In this document: positions 49,407 to 60,677 of the stretch, in pieces
How positions within the stretch are numbered: position 1 is the stretch's first letter
Layout of the letters: each line of letters opens with the position of its first letter
Assembly: GCA_017465945.1 (NCBI GenBank)
Contig: JAFTVD010000007.1
Coordinates: 4,926-68,925, forward strand
DNA: 64,000 bases
From: Alphaproteobacteria bacterium
Lineage (GTDB): Bacteria > Pseudomonadota > Alphaproteobacteria > RF32 > CAG-239
Reading direction: 5' to 3'
Program-made: the position numbers and the translations under genes
The notes under the pieces: model-generated
The model's input: the letters and a program-made list of their open reading frames with translations, nothing else
The model's database searches: none
Told to the model about the DNA's origin: nothing

Positions 49407-49414
49407 TCTAAAAA

Positions 49415-49442
49415 AGCCTCGCTAAAAACGAGGCTTTTTTAT
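49415..49442 (+). terminator. intrinsic terminator after pepA
   Basis: agcctcgctaaaaacgaggct hairpin plus T-run. Confidence 0.7.
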
Positions 49443-49538
49443 TCCCCAAATATTTACTTTCAACCAAAATAATGGTTGAGAAATAATAAACCTGTGCTAA
49501 ACTCCAATAAACAAAAAAATAAAAGGAAAAGTCTCCAA

Positions 49539-52500
49539 ATGAAAGACCCCAAATTTGTGCATTTAAGAGTCCATACAGCATATTCACTTGCTCAAGGTGC
49601 AATTATGCTTCCAAAACTTATGCATACATTACACGATATGGGGGTTCCTGCCGTTGCTGTAACAGATAGTGCAAATATGTTCGGAGGAAAAGCCTTTTCA
49701 AAATATGCCTCAGATGAAGGTATCAAACCTATCATGGGATGCCAATTCCTGATAAGAAATGAAGATTCTGATAATATTCTTCTCTCAAAAGGTAAAGAAT
49801 TAGAACCAGATAAAATTATATTATTAGTAATGAATGCCACAGGTTATGGCAACATAATGAAACTAATGAAACAATTTTATCTAGATAACACAGCTCGTGG
49901 CTGGGCTCCACAGCTAACTTTTGACAACCTAAAAGATTATAACGAAGGATTAATTGCCCTAACAGGTGGCACCGAAGGAACAATCGGAAGACTACTCCTT
50001 GAAAACAGAAAAGAAGATGCAAAAAACACCGCTATCCGTCTAAAAGAAATATTTGGTAATCGCCTATATATGGAAATATCTCGTATCGGATTAGATGAGG
50101 AGCTAAAAACAGAAGAAGATTTTATTAATCTAGCTTACGATTTAGATATCCCCCTTGTTGCAACTAACGAAGTATTCTTCCTAAACGAAGAAATGTATGA
50201 AGCACATGATGCGCTTGTTTGTATTTCTGCCGGTGAATATGTTGCAAACGAAGCCCGTCGCCGTTACTCAATAAACAATCGCCTCAAAACAGAACAAGAA
50301 ATGGTAGAACTTTTCCAAGACCTACCAGAAGCTTTAGAAAACACTGTTCGCATAGCAAAATTATGTAATTATCTATCTAAAAAAGTTGACCCTTTATTAC
50401 CAATATTTGAGTGTCCAAACGGCAGAACCCAAGACGAATTCATTACAGAAGAAGCATATCGTGGCCTAGATGAACGTATGAAAATAGCTGTATATAACGA
50501 TTCTCAAACCAAAGAAGAACGAGAAGCTATTGATGAAAAATATTATGCAAGACTTGAATACGAATTAAGCGTTATCAAAAAAATGGGATTCCCAGGCTAT
50601 TTTTTAATCGTGTCAGACTTCATTAAATGGTCAAAAGCTCATGGTGTTTCTGTTGGTCCTGGTCGTGGTTCTGGTGCAGGCTCTATTGTTGCTTGGGCAT
50701 TAAAAATTACCGAGCTAGACCCAATTAAATTAGACCTACTTTTTGAGCGTTTCTTAAATCCAGAACGTGTAAACATGCCTGACTTTGACGTGGACTTCTG
50801 TCAAGAAAATCGCTATAAAACCATAGAGTACGTTCAAGAAAAATATGGCTTTGACCATGTTGCACAAATTATCACTTATGGTAAACTACAATCAAAGGCT
50901 GTTATTCGAGATGTGGCACGTGTACTCCAAATGCCATATTCTCAAGCCGATAAAATTTCCAAAATGATACCCGCAGGTGTTCAAGGTAAAAACCCCACCT
51001 TACCCGAGGCTCTAGAACAAGTTCCTGAGCTAGAAGAAATGCGTCAAAACGACCCTCAAATAAATAAACTTTTTGAAATAGCCATTAAATTAGAGGGTTT
51101 ATATCGAAATTCCGGTATGCACGCCGCTGGCGTTGTTATTGGCGATAGACCTTTAGACCAATTGGTTCCACTATATAAAGATCCTCGTGCAGATATGCCT
51201 GTTACTATGTATGACATGAAATTTGTAGAAGAAACAGGTCTTATTAAATTTGACTTTTTGGGCTTAAAAACTCTAACAGTCATTCAACGAGCTATAGATT
51301 GGATAAAAATATCTCATGGCATAGATTTAGATATGGAAAAAATTCCTCTTGATGATGAAGAAACTTATAAAATGCTTCAAGAAGGTAAAACAACCGCAGT
51401 ATTCCAATTCGAGTCCGCAGGCATGAAAGACGTTCACAAACAAATACGTCCAGACCGTTTTGAAGACTTAATCGCTATTGTTTCATTATATCGTCCAGGA
51501 CCTATGGATAACATTCCAACTTTTATTAAACGTAAACATGGCGAAGAAAAAATACAATATCTACATCCTGCCCTAGAACCAATCTTAAAAGAAACCTATG
51601 GAATTATGGTATATCAAGAACAAGTTATGATGATTGCCAGAGAGCTTGGTGGTTATACCATGGGTGGTGCAGATAAACTGCGTAAAGTAATGGGAAAAAA
51701 AATGCGTGATGAAATACCAAAACAACGCATAATGTTTACCGAAGGGGCAATCAAAAATGGTATAGATGAAGAAGTAGCAAAAAGCATATTCGACCAAATG
51801 GAAAAATTTGCTTCTTATGGTTTTAACAAATCACACGCCGCCGCATACTCTTTAGTATCCTACCAAACAGCATACTTAAAAGCACATTATCCAGTAGAAT
51901 TCATGTGTGCTGTTATGGATTTAGATATCACCAATACAGATAAATTAGCCACATTCAAAACTGAATGCAAAATATTAGGAATAGATGTACTAAAACCAGA
52001 CATTAATGAATCTCTTGCAAAATTTAGTGTTCAAGATGGTAAATTAAGATATGCTCTAGGAGCAATAAAAGGTGTTGGCGAAGCAAATATGAACGCCATC
52101 ATTGAGGCTAGAAACAAAGGTGGCAAATTCAAGGATATGTCAGACTTTATAAATAGAGTAGATGCTAAGCAACTCAATCGCAAACAACTAGAGCAACTAA
52201 TAAAAGCCGGAGCATTTGATTGTTTAGAAAAAAAACGTGGCAAACTCTATGCTAATATAGATACCATCTTAAAAAACATTTCCTCAGCAACAGAAATGAA
52301 AACAAGTGCCCAATCATCACTATTTGGAGTAGAAGAATATTCATCAAAAGTAAAACTCTTTGATGCACCTGATTGGCCTGATTTAGAAAAACTTCGCCTA
52401 GAAGCAGGAGCTATTGGTTTTTACCTTTCTGCTCACCCTCTTGATGTTTACGCCGAAAGTATGGAAAAATTAGGCATAAAATCTTGCCAAGAAGTTATGT

Positions 52501-53012
52501 CAAACATCAAAGTCGGAGATAGTATAAAAGCAAACATAGCCGGATGTGTAGAAACTTTTCAAAAACGCATCAGTAAATCAGGCAACAAGTATGCTTTTCT
52601 TGGTCTATCAGATACAACTGGCAACTTTGAAGGAATGTTATTTTCTGATGGCTTAGCAAAATATGAAGAGGTTATAACCTCAGGTTGCCCATTGCTCGCT
52701 AAAGTTACAATAAATAAACAATCCGAAGAAGAAAACCCAAGAATAATGATAAATTCTGTAAGAACAATAGATGAAGCTATTGCAGAACAAGCAAAAGGTT
52801 TGGTAATAAACATATCTAACATATCCGCCGTTTCAGAAGTAAAAAAAGTTCTATATTCTGATATGCGTGGAACCAATAAAGTATATATAGAACCAGAATT
52901 AGACGATTGGGAAGTTAGAATAGAAATAGAAGGTGGATTCGCATTTGCCGATAATATGATTCTAACTAAACTAAAGAGCATTCCTGGTGTATCCTCAGTA
53001 AAAGAATTTTAA
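49539..53012 (+). CDS. dnaE: DNA polymerase III subunit alpha
   Basis: PHP domain (FVHLRVHTAYSL), palm motifs (PDFDVDF), fingers and OB-fold. About 1157 aa. AAAAGGAAAAG RBS upstream of the ATG at 49539. Confidence 0.95.
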   Translation: MKDPKFVHLRVHTAYSLAQGAIMLPKLMHTLHDMGVPAVAVTDSANMFGGKAFSKYASDEGIKPIMGCQFLIRNEDSDNILLSKGKELEPDKIILLVMNATGYGNIMKLMKQFYLDNTARGWAPQLTFDNLKDYNEGLIALTGGTEGTIGRLLLENRKEDAKNTAIRLKEIFGNRLYMEISRIGLDEELKTEEDFINLAYDLDIPLVATNEVFFLNEEMYEAHDALVCISAGEYVANEARRRYSINNRLKTEQEMVELFQDLPEALENTVRIAKLCNYLSKKVDPLLPIFECPNGRTQDEFITEEAYRGLDERMKIAVYNDSQTKEEREAIDEKYYARLEYELSVIKKMGFPGYFLIVSDFIKWSKAHGVSVGPGRGSGAGSIVAWALKITELDPIKLDLLFERFLNPERVNMPDFDVDFCQENRYKTIEYVQEKYGFDHVAQIITYGKLQSKAVIRDVARVLQMPYSQADKISKMIPAGVQGKNPTLPEALEQVPELEEMRQNDPQINKLFEIAIKLEGLYRNSGMHAAGVVIGDRPLDQLVPLYKDPRADMPVTMYDMKFVEETGLIKFDFLGLKTLTVIQRAIDWIKISHGIDLDMEKIPLDDEETYKMLQEGKTTAVFQFESAGMKDVHKQIRPDRFEDLIAIVSLYRPGPMDNIPTFIKRKHGEEKIQYLHPALEPILKETYGIMVYQEQVMMIARELGGYTMGGADKLRKVMGKKMRDEIPKQRIMFTEGAIKNGIDEEVAKSIFDQMEKFASYGFNKSHAAAYSLVSYQTAYLKAHYPVEFMCAVMDLDITNTDKLATFKTECKILGIDVLKPDINESLAKFSVQDGKLRYALGAIKGVGEANMNAIIEARNKGGKFKDMSDFINRVDAKQLNRKQLEQLIKAGAFDCLEKKRGKLYANIDTILKNISSATEMKTSAQSSLFGVEEYSSKVKLFDAPDWPDLEKLRLEAGAIGFYLSAHPLDVYAESMEKLGIKSCQEVMSNIKVGDSIKANIAGCVETFQKRISKSGNKYAFLGLSDTTGNFEGMLFSDGLAKYEEVITSGCPLLAKVTINKQSEEENPRIMINSVRTIDEAIAEQAKGLVINISNISAVSEVKKVLYSDMRGTNKVYIEPELDDWEVRIEIEGGFAFADNMILTKLKSIPGVSSVKEF

Positions 53013-53023
53013 CGGAGAAAAAC

Positions 53024-53821
53024 ATGATAGAAGATAAAGATACAAAAATTGTAATACCATTTTTTGAAGGACTAATCTATCCAGTCAACGCAATAAAATC
53101 TAACTTCAAAAATTTTTGTTTTTTAACATCTGTTTTTGCTCTAATAACAACTATAATTATAAATCTTTTAGGAAGAAGTGTTTTTTGCGGTCTAGAACAA
53201 GAAAACTCATATTATTGTAGCATCTCACCATTTAACACATTAACATCATTTTTTCTTCTTTTAGTAGGATTCGCTTTATACGTAAATCGTTGGGATTTGA
53301 TAACAAAAAACAACATAAATGCAAAAGATACACTAAAACAATTATATTACCCAAAAGACCTTAAAGCTCTTATTATCATTATTGCTAATCTTATATTTTG
53401 GGCAACCATAGTCCTTTCAATCTATTTACTAAGCACCAAAACACCAACTCCTAATTTTTATTTTGAACTTGAGTATTTTGTGTTCTTTTCACTACTTATA
53501 CTACTATCAATCGTTTTTTTATTAAACAATGTCATATTCACACAATTTTTAGATGAGAAAAAATGGTTTGTTTTAGATAAAACATTTTGGCCAATTTTCG
53601 ATAATATATATAAATTATTTTTTTGGTTTTTAATTTACTTTATATTCTTCGCTCAAATATTTAGAATTGTTTTCTTAAGTATTATAAGCTTAAAAACAAC
53701 AAATTATGTATATACATTTTCTTGTGAATTTATATTTTTCTTCTTCCTATATACAACATTTGCCTTTTGGATAACATCATTGCGCTATCAAGAAAAATAT
53801 TTATTCTCTAATGAGAGTTAG
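53024..53821 (+). CDS. hypothetical polytopic membrane protein (265 aa)
   Basis: Six or more hydrophobic helices; no motif. GGAG RBS upstream. Confidence 0.35.
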   Translation: MIEDKDTKIVIPFFEGLIYPVNAIKSNFKNFCFLTSVFALITTIIINLLGRSVFCGLEQENSYYCSISPFNTLTSFFLLLVGFALYVNRWDLITKNNINAKDTLKQLYYPKDLKALIIIIANLIFWATIVLSIYLLSTKTPTPNFYFELEYFVFFSLLILLSIVFLLNNVIFTQFLDEKKWFVLDKTFWPIFDNIYKLFFWFLIYFIFFAQIFRIVFLSIISLKTTNYVYTFSCEFIFFFFLYTTFAFWITSLRYQEKYLFSNES

Positions 53822-55056
53822 ATAATAAACTTTTCTCTAATAACTTCATCTTCTATCAAAGAATAAATCTCATTCAAATGAGCATCTGTAATTAATTTTA
53901 CAGCAACATCTTTTGCAATACCTCTAGATGTTAAATAAAATAGTTGTTCTTCATCAATTTCACCACAACTAGCACCATGAGAGCACTTTACATCATCTGC
54001 ATATATTTCTAATTGTGGCTTACAACAAAGTTCTGCATCACCATCTAAATAAAGAGCTTTATGAAGCTGATTACCCACAGATTTTACAGCATCTTTAGCA
54101 ATATATACTTTCCCTTGAAATACAGCTTTAGCTCCATCTTCTAAAACAGCCTTTGCATATTGATTAGATGATGTTTCTAAAACATTATGATTAACATTTG
54201 TAGTAATATCCGAAAGCATATCTTTTGATACCTTATATGCCGAATAAATTTCAGCTAAAGCATCTTTTGCTTCTAAATTAATTTCATTTTCATTTCTGCT
54301 TATCTTTGCACCATTTGATACATAATATTGTTTATACTTTGCCTTCTCATAAATTTTCAAAGCATTCAAAGCTATATGATAAGCCTTTTTACTCTCTTTT
54401 TGGATTTTGTAATGATTTAATTCGCTATTTTCTTTCAAATAAATTTCATTAACAATATTTAGTAAATAACTATTATCCACTTTTGAATAAAATTCCTCAA
54501 CAATGCTCAAATTCGCATTTTTTTCCAAAACTACAACATTATGAATATTCATCTGAATATTATCACTTTTAGTATTTTTATATTTTATCAATAACGGAAC
54601 ATCAACTTTAATCCCCTTATCAACAATAATACATAAACCTTGCTCTAAATACATCCCATTTAAACATGCAAAAGGATGTTTTTTCAAATCAAACGCATTA
54701 AATAAATATTTCTTATATTCCCCTTCATATAACATTAATGGCAAAGGAATAACATTCACCCCTTCAGGTAAAACAAAATCTTCAACATGTAGTGTCCCTG
54801 CACAAAAACAAAATTCTATAAAATAACTATCTTCCGCCTTGTTTTTACAACAACATTCACCATCACATTGTTTTTGATTAATATCAAAATCCCTGATTAA
54901 AATTTCTTTAACGTCAGTATATTTCCAATTTTCATTTTTTTTAGTTGGAAATCCATAATCAAACAGACATTTTTTTGCCCTATCACGCAAAGCATAAACA
55001 CTAGGCTTATCATCTAAAAACAAATCTACATTTTTAATCAAAGAAGATTCTTTCAT
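53818..55056 (-). CDS. sufD: Fe-S cluster assembly protein SufD
   Basis: 412 aa (SufD size). ENWKYTDV at the N-terminus; the C-terminal beta-helix block CSHGASCGEIDEEQLFYLTSRGI is shared by SufB and SufD. Overlaps sufC upstream. Confidence 0.8.
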   Translation of the reverse strand: MKESSLIKNVDLFLDDKPSVYALRDRAKKCLFDYGFPTKKNENWKYTDVKEILIRDFDINQKQCDGECCCKNKAEDSYFIEFCFCAGTLHVEDFVLPEGVNVIPLPLMLYEGEYKKYLFNAFDLKKHPFACLNGMYLEQGLCIIVDKGIKVDVPLLIKYKNTKSDNIQMNIHNVVVLEKNANLSIVEEFYSKVDNSYLLNIVNEIYLKENSELNHYKIQKESKKAYHIALNALKIYEKAKYKQYYVSNGAKISRNENEINLEAKDALAEIYSAYKVSKDMLSDITTNVNHNVLETSSNQYAKAVLEDGAKAVFQGKVYIAKDAVKSVGNQLHKALYLDGDAELCCKPQLEIYADDVKCSHGASCGEIDEEQLFYLTSRGIAKDVAVKLITDAHLNEIYSLIEDEVIREKFII

Positions 55057-55057
55057 C

Positions 55058-55816
55058 TTAATCCTCTTTCAAAAAAGAAGCATATCCATTTTCTTCTAGC
55101 TCAATAGCCAAAGATTTATCACCTGTTTTAATAATTTTACCATCTGCAAAAATATGCACAACATCAGGAACAATATAGGAAAGCAATCTCTGATAATGAG
55201 TAATAAGCAAAAATGCATTATCTTCATTTCTTAAATTATTTACCCCTTCAGATACAGTCTTTAGCGCATCAATATCAAGCCCTGAATCAATTTCATCCAA
55301 AATCGAAAAACTAGGCTTTAAAAGAGCCATTTGTAGCGTTTCAAATCTTTTCTTTTCCCCACCAGAAAAACCAACATTAACAAAACGTTTTAACATCTCT
55401 GGATTTATACCTAAAGAGTTTGCCTCACTTCTTAGTAATTTCATAAAATTGATTGTATCTAATTCTTCTTCACCATTGTGTTTTCTTACCGCATTAAGAG
55501 AATGTTTCAAAAAATTAGAAACACCAACCCCTGGAATCTCAACCGGATATTGCAAAGAAAGAAAAACACCTTCCCTAGCCCTTTCTTCAACACTCATATC
55601 CAAAAGATTCTTACCCTTAAATACAATTTCACCAGATGTAACCTCATATCCTTGTTTACCACTAAGAACATAAGACAACGAAGATTTACCAGCCCCATTA
55701 GGTCCCATCATCGCATGTACTTCACCCTTATTTATGGTAAGGGATAATCCTTTTATAATTTCCTTATCCCCAACACAAGCATGTAAATCTTTTATTACTA
55801 ACAAAGGAGTTGTCAT
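55058..55816 (-). CDS. sufC: Fe-S cluster assembly ATPase SufC
   Basis: Walker A GPNGAGKSSL, ABC signature FSGGEKKR, Walker B ILDEIDSGLD and H-loop ITHY. 252 aa. Confidence 0.92.
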   Translation of the reverse strand: MTTPLLVIKDLHACVGDKEIIKGLSLTINKGEVHAMMGPNGAGKSSLSYVLSGKQGYEVTSGEIVFKGKNLLDMSVEERAREGVFLSLQYPVEIPGVGVSNFLKHSLNAVRKHNGEEELDTINFMKLLRSEANSLGINPEMLKRFVNVGFSGGEKKRFETLQMALLKPSFSILDEIDSGLDIDALKTVSEGVNNLRNEDNAFLLITHYQRLLSYIVPDVVHIFADGKIIKTGDKSLAIELEENGYASFLKED

Positions 55817-55829
55817 TATTTAGTCCTTA

Positions 55830-58529
55830 TTATGCTACCCTACCATGGCAATGCTTAAATTTTTTACCGCTACCACATGGGCAAGGACTATTTCTTGAAA
55901 CATTACTCCATTCAGGACGCACTATGTTATCGCCATTATTTGAAACCGTTTTATTTTCAGGTGCAACATCTCCATTTAAAGACTCATGAAAAGCTTCCAT
56001 TTTTTGACTTTGACGTTGTTTTTCCTGTTCTCTTACATCTTTATCACTACTTTGTTGAATAATTGCACGACAAGTAAGCATAGTTACTTTCTCTTTTAAC
56101 AAATCATACATATCAGAAAACATATTAAAAGCTTCTTTTTGATATTCATTAAGAGGATCTTTTTGACCATAAGCTCTCAATACAATAGTATGTCTCATTA
56201 AATCCAAAGTTGCTATATGTTCTTTCCATAACTGATCAAGAGATTGCATCATAATACTTTTCTCAACCAAATGAACAATAGCCTCAGGAATATCAGAATT
56301 TTTAGATTTAATATTCTTATCAACTTCATTAAGAACCAATTCAACCATATCTTCACTATCAATAGCAGGACGTTTAATCCATTCTTCTAAAGGAAGACTC
56401 ATACCTGTAATGGCAAAAATATCTTGTTTCAATCCTGTAATATTCCATTCTTCAGGCGCCGTCCCCAAAACAACATGTCCTGAAACAACAGATGTCAAAT
56501 AATCATTACGCATATCTTCAATAGTTTCAGAAACATCCTCATCTGCCATCCATTTTTTGCGCTCTTCATAAATAACTTTACGTTGATCATTCATAACATT
56601 ATCATATTTTAACAAACTTTTACGAATATCAAAGTTACGCTCTTCTACTTTTTGTTGAGCTTTTTCTAGCGCTTTACTAATAAATGGATGCACCAAAGCT
56701 TCACCTTCTGGCAAACCTAAACGTTTTAACACATCAGACATACGTTCAGATCCAAAGATTCTCATCAAATCATCTTCTAAAGATAAAAAGAATTTAGAAC
56801 AACCAGGGTCTCCTTGACGCCCAGAACGACCTCTTAACTGGTTATCAATTCGTCTGCTTTCATGACGCTCTGTTCCAAGAATATATAAACCACCAGCATT
56901 CAATACTTTTTCTTTATTTTCTTTTATTTCTCTTTCAACTTCTTTCTTTATTTCCGCAATTTCTTCTTCACTTTCACCACCCTTTAGGCGCTTTTTCAAA
57001 GTCAAATCAGGATTACCACCAAGTTGAATATCTGTACCACGACCTGCCATATTTGTAGCAATAGTAACAGCTCCATAACGACCAGCCTCAGCCACAATAA
57101 CAGCCTCACGTTCATGATGTTTTGCATTCAATACTTCAAATTTAATATCTGTTTGAGTTTTTAATAAATTGGCTATTATTTCAGATTTTTCAACAGAAGT
57201 TGTACCAACCAAAACTGGCTGTCCTTTCTGATTGCATTCTTTAATAGTATCAACAATAGCCTTATATTTTTCCTGTTCTGTTCTATAAATACAATCATGC
57301 TCATCTATACGCAAAACAGGTCGATTCGTTGGAATCTCAACACATGATAAATCATAAATATCACAAAATTCCGCTTCCTCCGTCATAGCAGTACCTGTCA
57401 TACCTGCAAGCTTTGGATATAAACGGAAATAATTCTGGAAAGTAATAGATGCCAAAGTTTGATTTTCTGATTGAATATCAACTCCTTCTTTTGCTTCTAG
57501 CGCTTGATGTAGTCCATCACTATAACGTCTACCCTCCATTATACGACCTGTAAACTCATCAATAATCATAACCTTATTATCACGCACAAGATAATCAACA
57601 TCTCTATCAAACATAACATTAGCACGCAATGCTTGGTTTACATGGTTAACTAATCCAACATTCTTAATATCATACAAACCGCCATCAGTAATAAGACCTG
57701 CATCTTTTAATAATTTTTCAACATGTTCCATACCAACTTCAGTCAGTGTAACATTTTTAGATTTTTCATCTTTTTCATAGTCTGCATCAACAATGTCCTT
57801 AATCACATTGTTTACTAGCACATATTTCTCTGAAGAATCTTCTGCCGCACCAGATATAATAAGAGGAGTTCTCGCCTCATCAATCAAAATAGAGTCCACC
57901 TCATCAACAATCGCAAAATTAAAATCTCTTTGTACTCTTTCATCTAAAGAAAATTTCATATTATCACGAAGATAGTCAAAACCCAACTCATTATTAGTAG
58001 CATATGTAATATCTGCATTATAAGCAATCTTGCGTTGTTCATCATCTTTTTCATGAACAATATAATCAACACTTAAACCTAAAAAGCGATAAACCTGCCC
58101 CATCCACTCAGCATCACGTTTTGCAAGATAATCATTTACAGTAACAATATGCACACCTTTTTGTTCAATAGCATTTAAATACGCAGCCAATGTTGCAACA
58201 AGTGTTTTACCTTCACCTGTTTTCATCTCAGATATCATACCTTTGTGTAAAACAAGACCACCAATTAATTGAACATCATAATGTCTTTGTCCCAAAGTCC
58301 TTTTTGCTGCTTCCCTCACACAAGCAAACGCTTCTGGCAAAATATCATCTAAAGTTTCCCCTTCTTTTAATCTAGAACGAAACTCTATTGTCTTATTTCT
58401 TAACTCTTCATCAGAAAGCTTAATAAACTCTTCTTCCAATGCATTAATTTGTTCAACTGTTTTATATTGTTTTTTTACAAAACGGTCATTAGCTGACCCA
58501 AAAATTTTACGAGCGATATCTGTTAACAT
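55830..58529 (-). CDS. secA: preprotein translocase ATPase SecA
   Basis: Full-length 899 aa SecA with a Walker A (MKTGEGKT), DEVD and a C-terminal zinc motif ([14 protein letters not shown]). Confidence 0.97.
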   Translation of the reverse strand: MLTDIARKIFGSANDRFVKKQYKTVEQINALEEEFIKLSDEELRNKTIEFRSRLKEGETLDDILPEAFACVREAAKRTLGQRHYDVQLIGGLVLHKGMISEMKTGEGKTLVATLAAYLNAIEQKGVHIVTVNDYLAKRDAEWMGQVYRFLGLSVDYIVHEKDDEQRKIAYNADITYATNNELGFDYLRDNMKFSLDERVQRDFNFAIVDEVDSILIDEARTPLIISGAAEDSSEKYVLVNNVIKDIVDADYEKDEKSKNVTLTEVGMEHVEKLLKDAGLITDGGLYDIKNVGLVNHVNQALRANVMFDRDVDYLVRDNKVMIIDEFTGRIMEGRRYSDGLHQALEAKEGVDIQSENQTLASITFQNYFRLYPKLAGMTGTAMTEEAEFCDIYDLSCVEIPTNRPVLRIDEHDCIYRTEQEKYKAIVDTIKECNQKGQPVLVGTTSVEKSEIIANLLKTQTDIKFEVLNAKHHEREAVIVAEAGRYGAVTIATNMAGRGTDIQLGGNPDLTLKKRLKGGESEEEIAEIKKEVEREIKENKEKVLNAGGLYILGTERHESRRIDNQLRGRSGRQGDPGCSKFFLSLEDDLMRIFGSERMSDVLKRLGLPEGEALVHPFISKALEKAQQKVEERNFDIRKSLLKYDNVMNDQRKVIYEERKKWMADEDVSETIEDMRNDYLTSVVSGHVVLGTAPEEWNITGLKQDIFAITGMSLPLEEWIKRPAIDSEDMVELVLNEVDKNIKSKNSDIPEAIVHLVEKSIMMQSLDQLWKEHIATLDLMRHTIVLRAYGQKDPLNEYQKEAFNMFSDMYDLLKEKVTMLTCRAIIQQSSDKDVREQEKQRQSQKMEAFHESLNGDVAPENKTVSNNGDNIVRPEWSNVSRNSPCPCGSGKKFKHCHGRVA

Positions 58530-58700
58530 TTTTCTACCTTATATATTTGTCCTTTATAGCTACATTTAGTGTTTATATGAAATAAAGTCAATACTATCAA
58601 CAAAAGTTATAAACTCAATAAAAAAAATACTTGGAATATTTTATAAATAAGTATATATACATATACGAGTAGATTAAAACTTTTATTTTGGAGGTATTTT

Positions 58701-59549
58701 ATGAAAAAGAGACTCGTTGGTTTTGTAATCACAACAGTTGCTGTAGTGGTTGTTGCCGTTGCGTCTTTTGTATCTTTTAAGGTATACAATGCAAACGCAG
58801 GAGCAGACAAAGGTGTTGCTGCCAAAGTTAACGGTGAAACAATATATATAAATGATTTAAAACAAAGTTATGCAGATCATCCACAAATCAAAGATAAAGT
58901 TCCTTTTGAAGAATTTTATGCTAAAACATTAGATGTTTTTGTTAATTCTAAATTAATATATCAAGCAGCAAAAACAGCTAAAATAGAAGAAACACCAGAA
59001 TTTCAACGTCAATTAGTTACAGCAAAAGAAGATTTAGCACGTAAACTTTATTTAGAAAAACAAGTTGATGAAAAAGTAACTGACGAAGAAATAAAAAAAT
59101 TATATGATGAATACACATCAAAATTTGAAAGTCAAAAAGAAGTAAGTGCAAAACATATTCTTGTTGAAACAGAAGACAAAGCTAAAGAGGTTATCAAAAA
59201 ACTTAATGAAGGCGGTGATTTTGTTGCACTTGCCAAAGAATATTCAAAAGATCAAGCTGTTGACTTAGGTTATTTCACAGCAGATATGATGGTTCCAGAA
59301 TTTTCAACAGCAGCATTTGCTATGAACAATGGTGAATATTCAAAAACACCAGTAAAAACACCATTTGGCTATCATGTAATTTTGGTTGAAGATGCTAGAG
59401 CTTCTAAACCATTAGAACTAAAAGACATCGAACCACAATTAAAGAATATGGTTACACAAAAAGTAGTTGCTGAAATTTTTGACAATTTACGCAACTCTGC
59501 AAAAATTGAAAAATATTCACTTGAAGGTGAAGTAATACCTGAAAAGTAA
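58701..59549 (+). CDS. parvulin-type peptidyl-prolyl cis-trans isomerase (PpiC domain, SurA-like N-terminal chaperone region)
   Basis: Signal/anchor N-terminus. PpiC domain (AKHILVETEDKAKEV...GDLGYFTADMMVPEFSTAAF...KTPFGYHVILVED). Confidence 0.8.
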   Translation: MKKRLVGFVITTVAVVVVAVASFVSFKVYNANAGADKGVAAKVNGETIYINDLKQSYADHPQIKDKVPFEEFYAKTLDVFVNSKLIYQAAKTAKIEETPEFQRQLVTAKEDLARKLYLEKQVDEKVTDEEIKKLYDEYTSKFESQKEVSAKHILVETEDKAKEVIKKLNEGGDFVALAKEYSKDQAVDLGYFTADMMVPEFSTAAFAMNNGEYSKTPVKTPFGYHVILVEDARASKPLELKDIEPQLKNMVTQKVVAEIFDNLRNSAKIEKYSLEGEVIPEK

Positions 59550-59574
59550 TAAAATTTTCAAAACAATCATAAAA

Positions 59575-59608
59575 AGCTCTGATTTTCAGAGCTTTTTATT
59601 TTTTTTAA
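59575..59608 (+). terminator. intrinsic terminator after the PPIase gene
   Basis: agctctgattttcagagct hairpin plus a long T-run. Confidence 0.75.
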
Positions 59609-59718
59609 ACAAAAACTTCTTGCTTTTTAAAACAAACTATAATAAAAACTGCTCTGTAAATAACACCCCTGGAGGTTATTTGCGATATAAACAAAACATA
59701 AAATTTAAGGATAAAAAA

Positions 59719-60009
59719 ATGACAGATATTATATTTAATGCAAATTTGCGTGAAAAAGCAGGTAAGGGGGCAGCTCGTGCATGTCGTAGAGAAGGTCGTG
59801 TTCCTGCTGTTATCTATGGTGGAAAAAAAGATGCTGTTAACATCAGCCTTCATCCTGTAGAATTAGAAAAAGCTTTAGACATAAGCGATTTCTACAAATC
59901 AGTTATCACTATTGTTGTTAATGGCAAAAACGAAAAAGTTATCTGTAAAGATGTACAATTCCATCCAGTATCAGATATGCCTTTACACGTTGATTTCTTA
60001 CGTAAATAG
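59719..60009 (+). CDS. rplY: 50S ribosomal protein L25, short (96-aa) form
   Basis: L25/Ctc N-terminal domain (REKAGKGAARACRREGRVPAVIYGG...HVDFLR). AAGGA RBS upstream. The stop follows immediately, with pth 14 nt downstream. Confidence 0.8.
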   Translation: MTDIIFNANLREKAGKGAARACRREGRVPAVIYGGKKDAVNISLHPVELEKALDISDFYKSVITIVVNGKNEKVICKDVQFHPVSDMPLHVDFLRK

Positions 60010-60023
60010 TCAAGGAATTAAAA

Positions 60024-60596
60024 ATGTTTTTAGTGGTAGGTCTTGGAAATCCCGGTGAGGAATACTCTAAAACACGCCACAATATAGGATTTATGGCGGT
60101 TGATGAAATACACAACCGCTATAATTTTTCCCCATTCAAATCAAAATTTGAAGGATTAATTTCTGAAGGCACTATTGATAACGAAAAAGTGCTCATACTA
60201 AAACCCCAAACATATATGAATCTCTCAGGAAACTCTGTTGTTAAGGTTGCAAAATTTTACAAAATATCACCACAAAACATTGTTGTTATTCATGATGACA
60301 AAGATTTAGCTTTAGGTAAATTAAAAGCAAAAATTGGAGGCTCCGCTGGCGGACACAATGGCTTAAAAAACATCGATTCGCAAATTGGACAAGACTATAA
60401 TAGGATTCGTATAGGTGTAGGCTCACCAAAAGAACATAATACAGATACAATAAGTTTTGTTCTTTCTCGTTTCTCAAAATCAGAAATAGAAAAATTAAGT
60501 ACAGAGATAGAATTTATAGCCACCACAATCAATGAATTAATAAAAAAAGGCATAGCACACTACTCAAACATTGTTGGAATGCACAACAGTAAATAA
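60024..60596 (+). CDS. pth: peptidyl-tRNA hydrolase
   Basis: LVVGLGNPGEEYSKTRHNIGF, the catalytic His region and GHNGLK. 190 aa. Confidence 0.92.
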   Translation: MFLVVGLGNPGEEYSKTRHNIGFMAVDEIHNRYNFSPFKSKFEGLISEGTIDNEKVLILKPQTYMNLSGNSVVKVAKFYKISPQNIVVIHDDKDLALGKLKAKIGGSAGGHNGLKNIDSQIGQDYNRIRIGVGSPKEHNTDTISFVLSRFSKSEIEKLSTEIEFIATTINELIKKGIAHYSNIVGMHNSK

Positions 60597-60677
60597 TCAT
60601 CACTTGATTATTTTTACTATTGCAAAACAATCATATCTCTTATATAAATCAATAAAACAAATTTTAGGAGTAAAAAA

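Noticed and set aside
49408-49602. 64-aa minus-strand ORF and the extended dnaE N-terminus (start at 49476)
   Set aside because: The minus-strand ORF overlaps the pepA terminator and the dnaE start region. dnaE more plausibly starts at 49539, where there is an AAAAGGAAAAG RBS and the conserved FVHLRVHT begins. The upstream extension is K/N-rich and has no RBS.
51056-52981. Several minus-strand ORFs (70-140 aa) within dnaE
   Set aside because: They are antisense to an unambiguous essential gene and have no motifs.
55449-55747. Two plus-strand ORFs inside sufC
   Set aside because: Antisense shadow ORFs.
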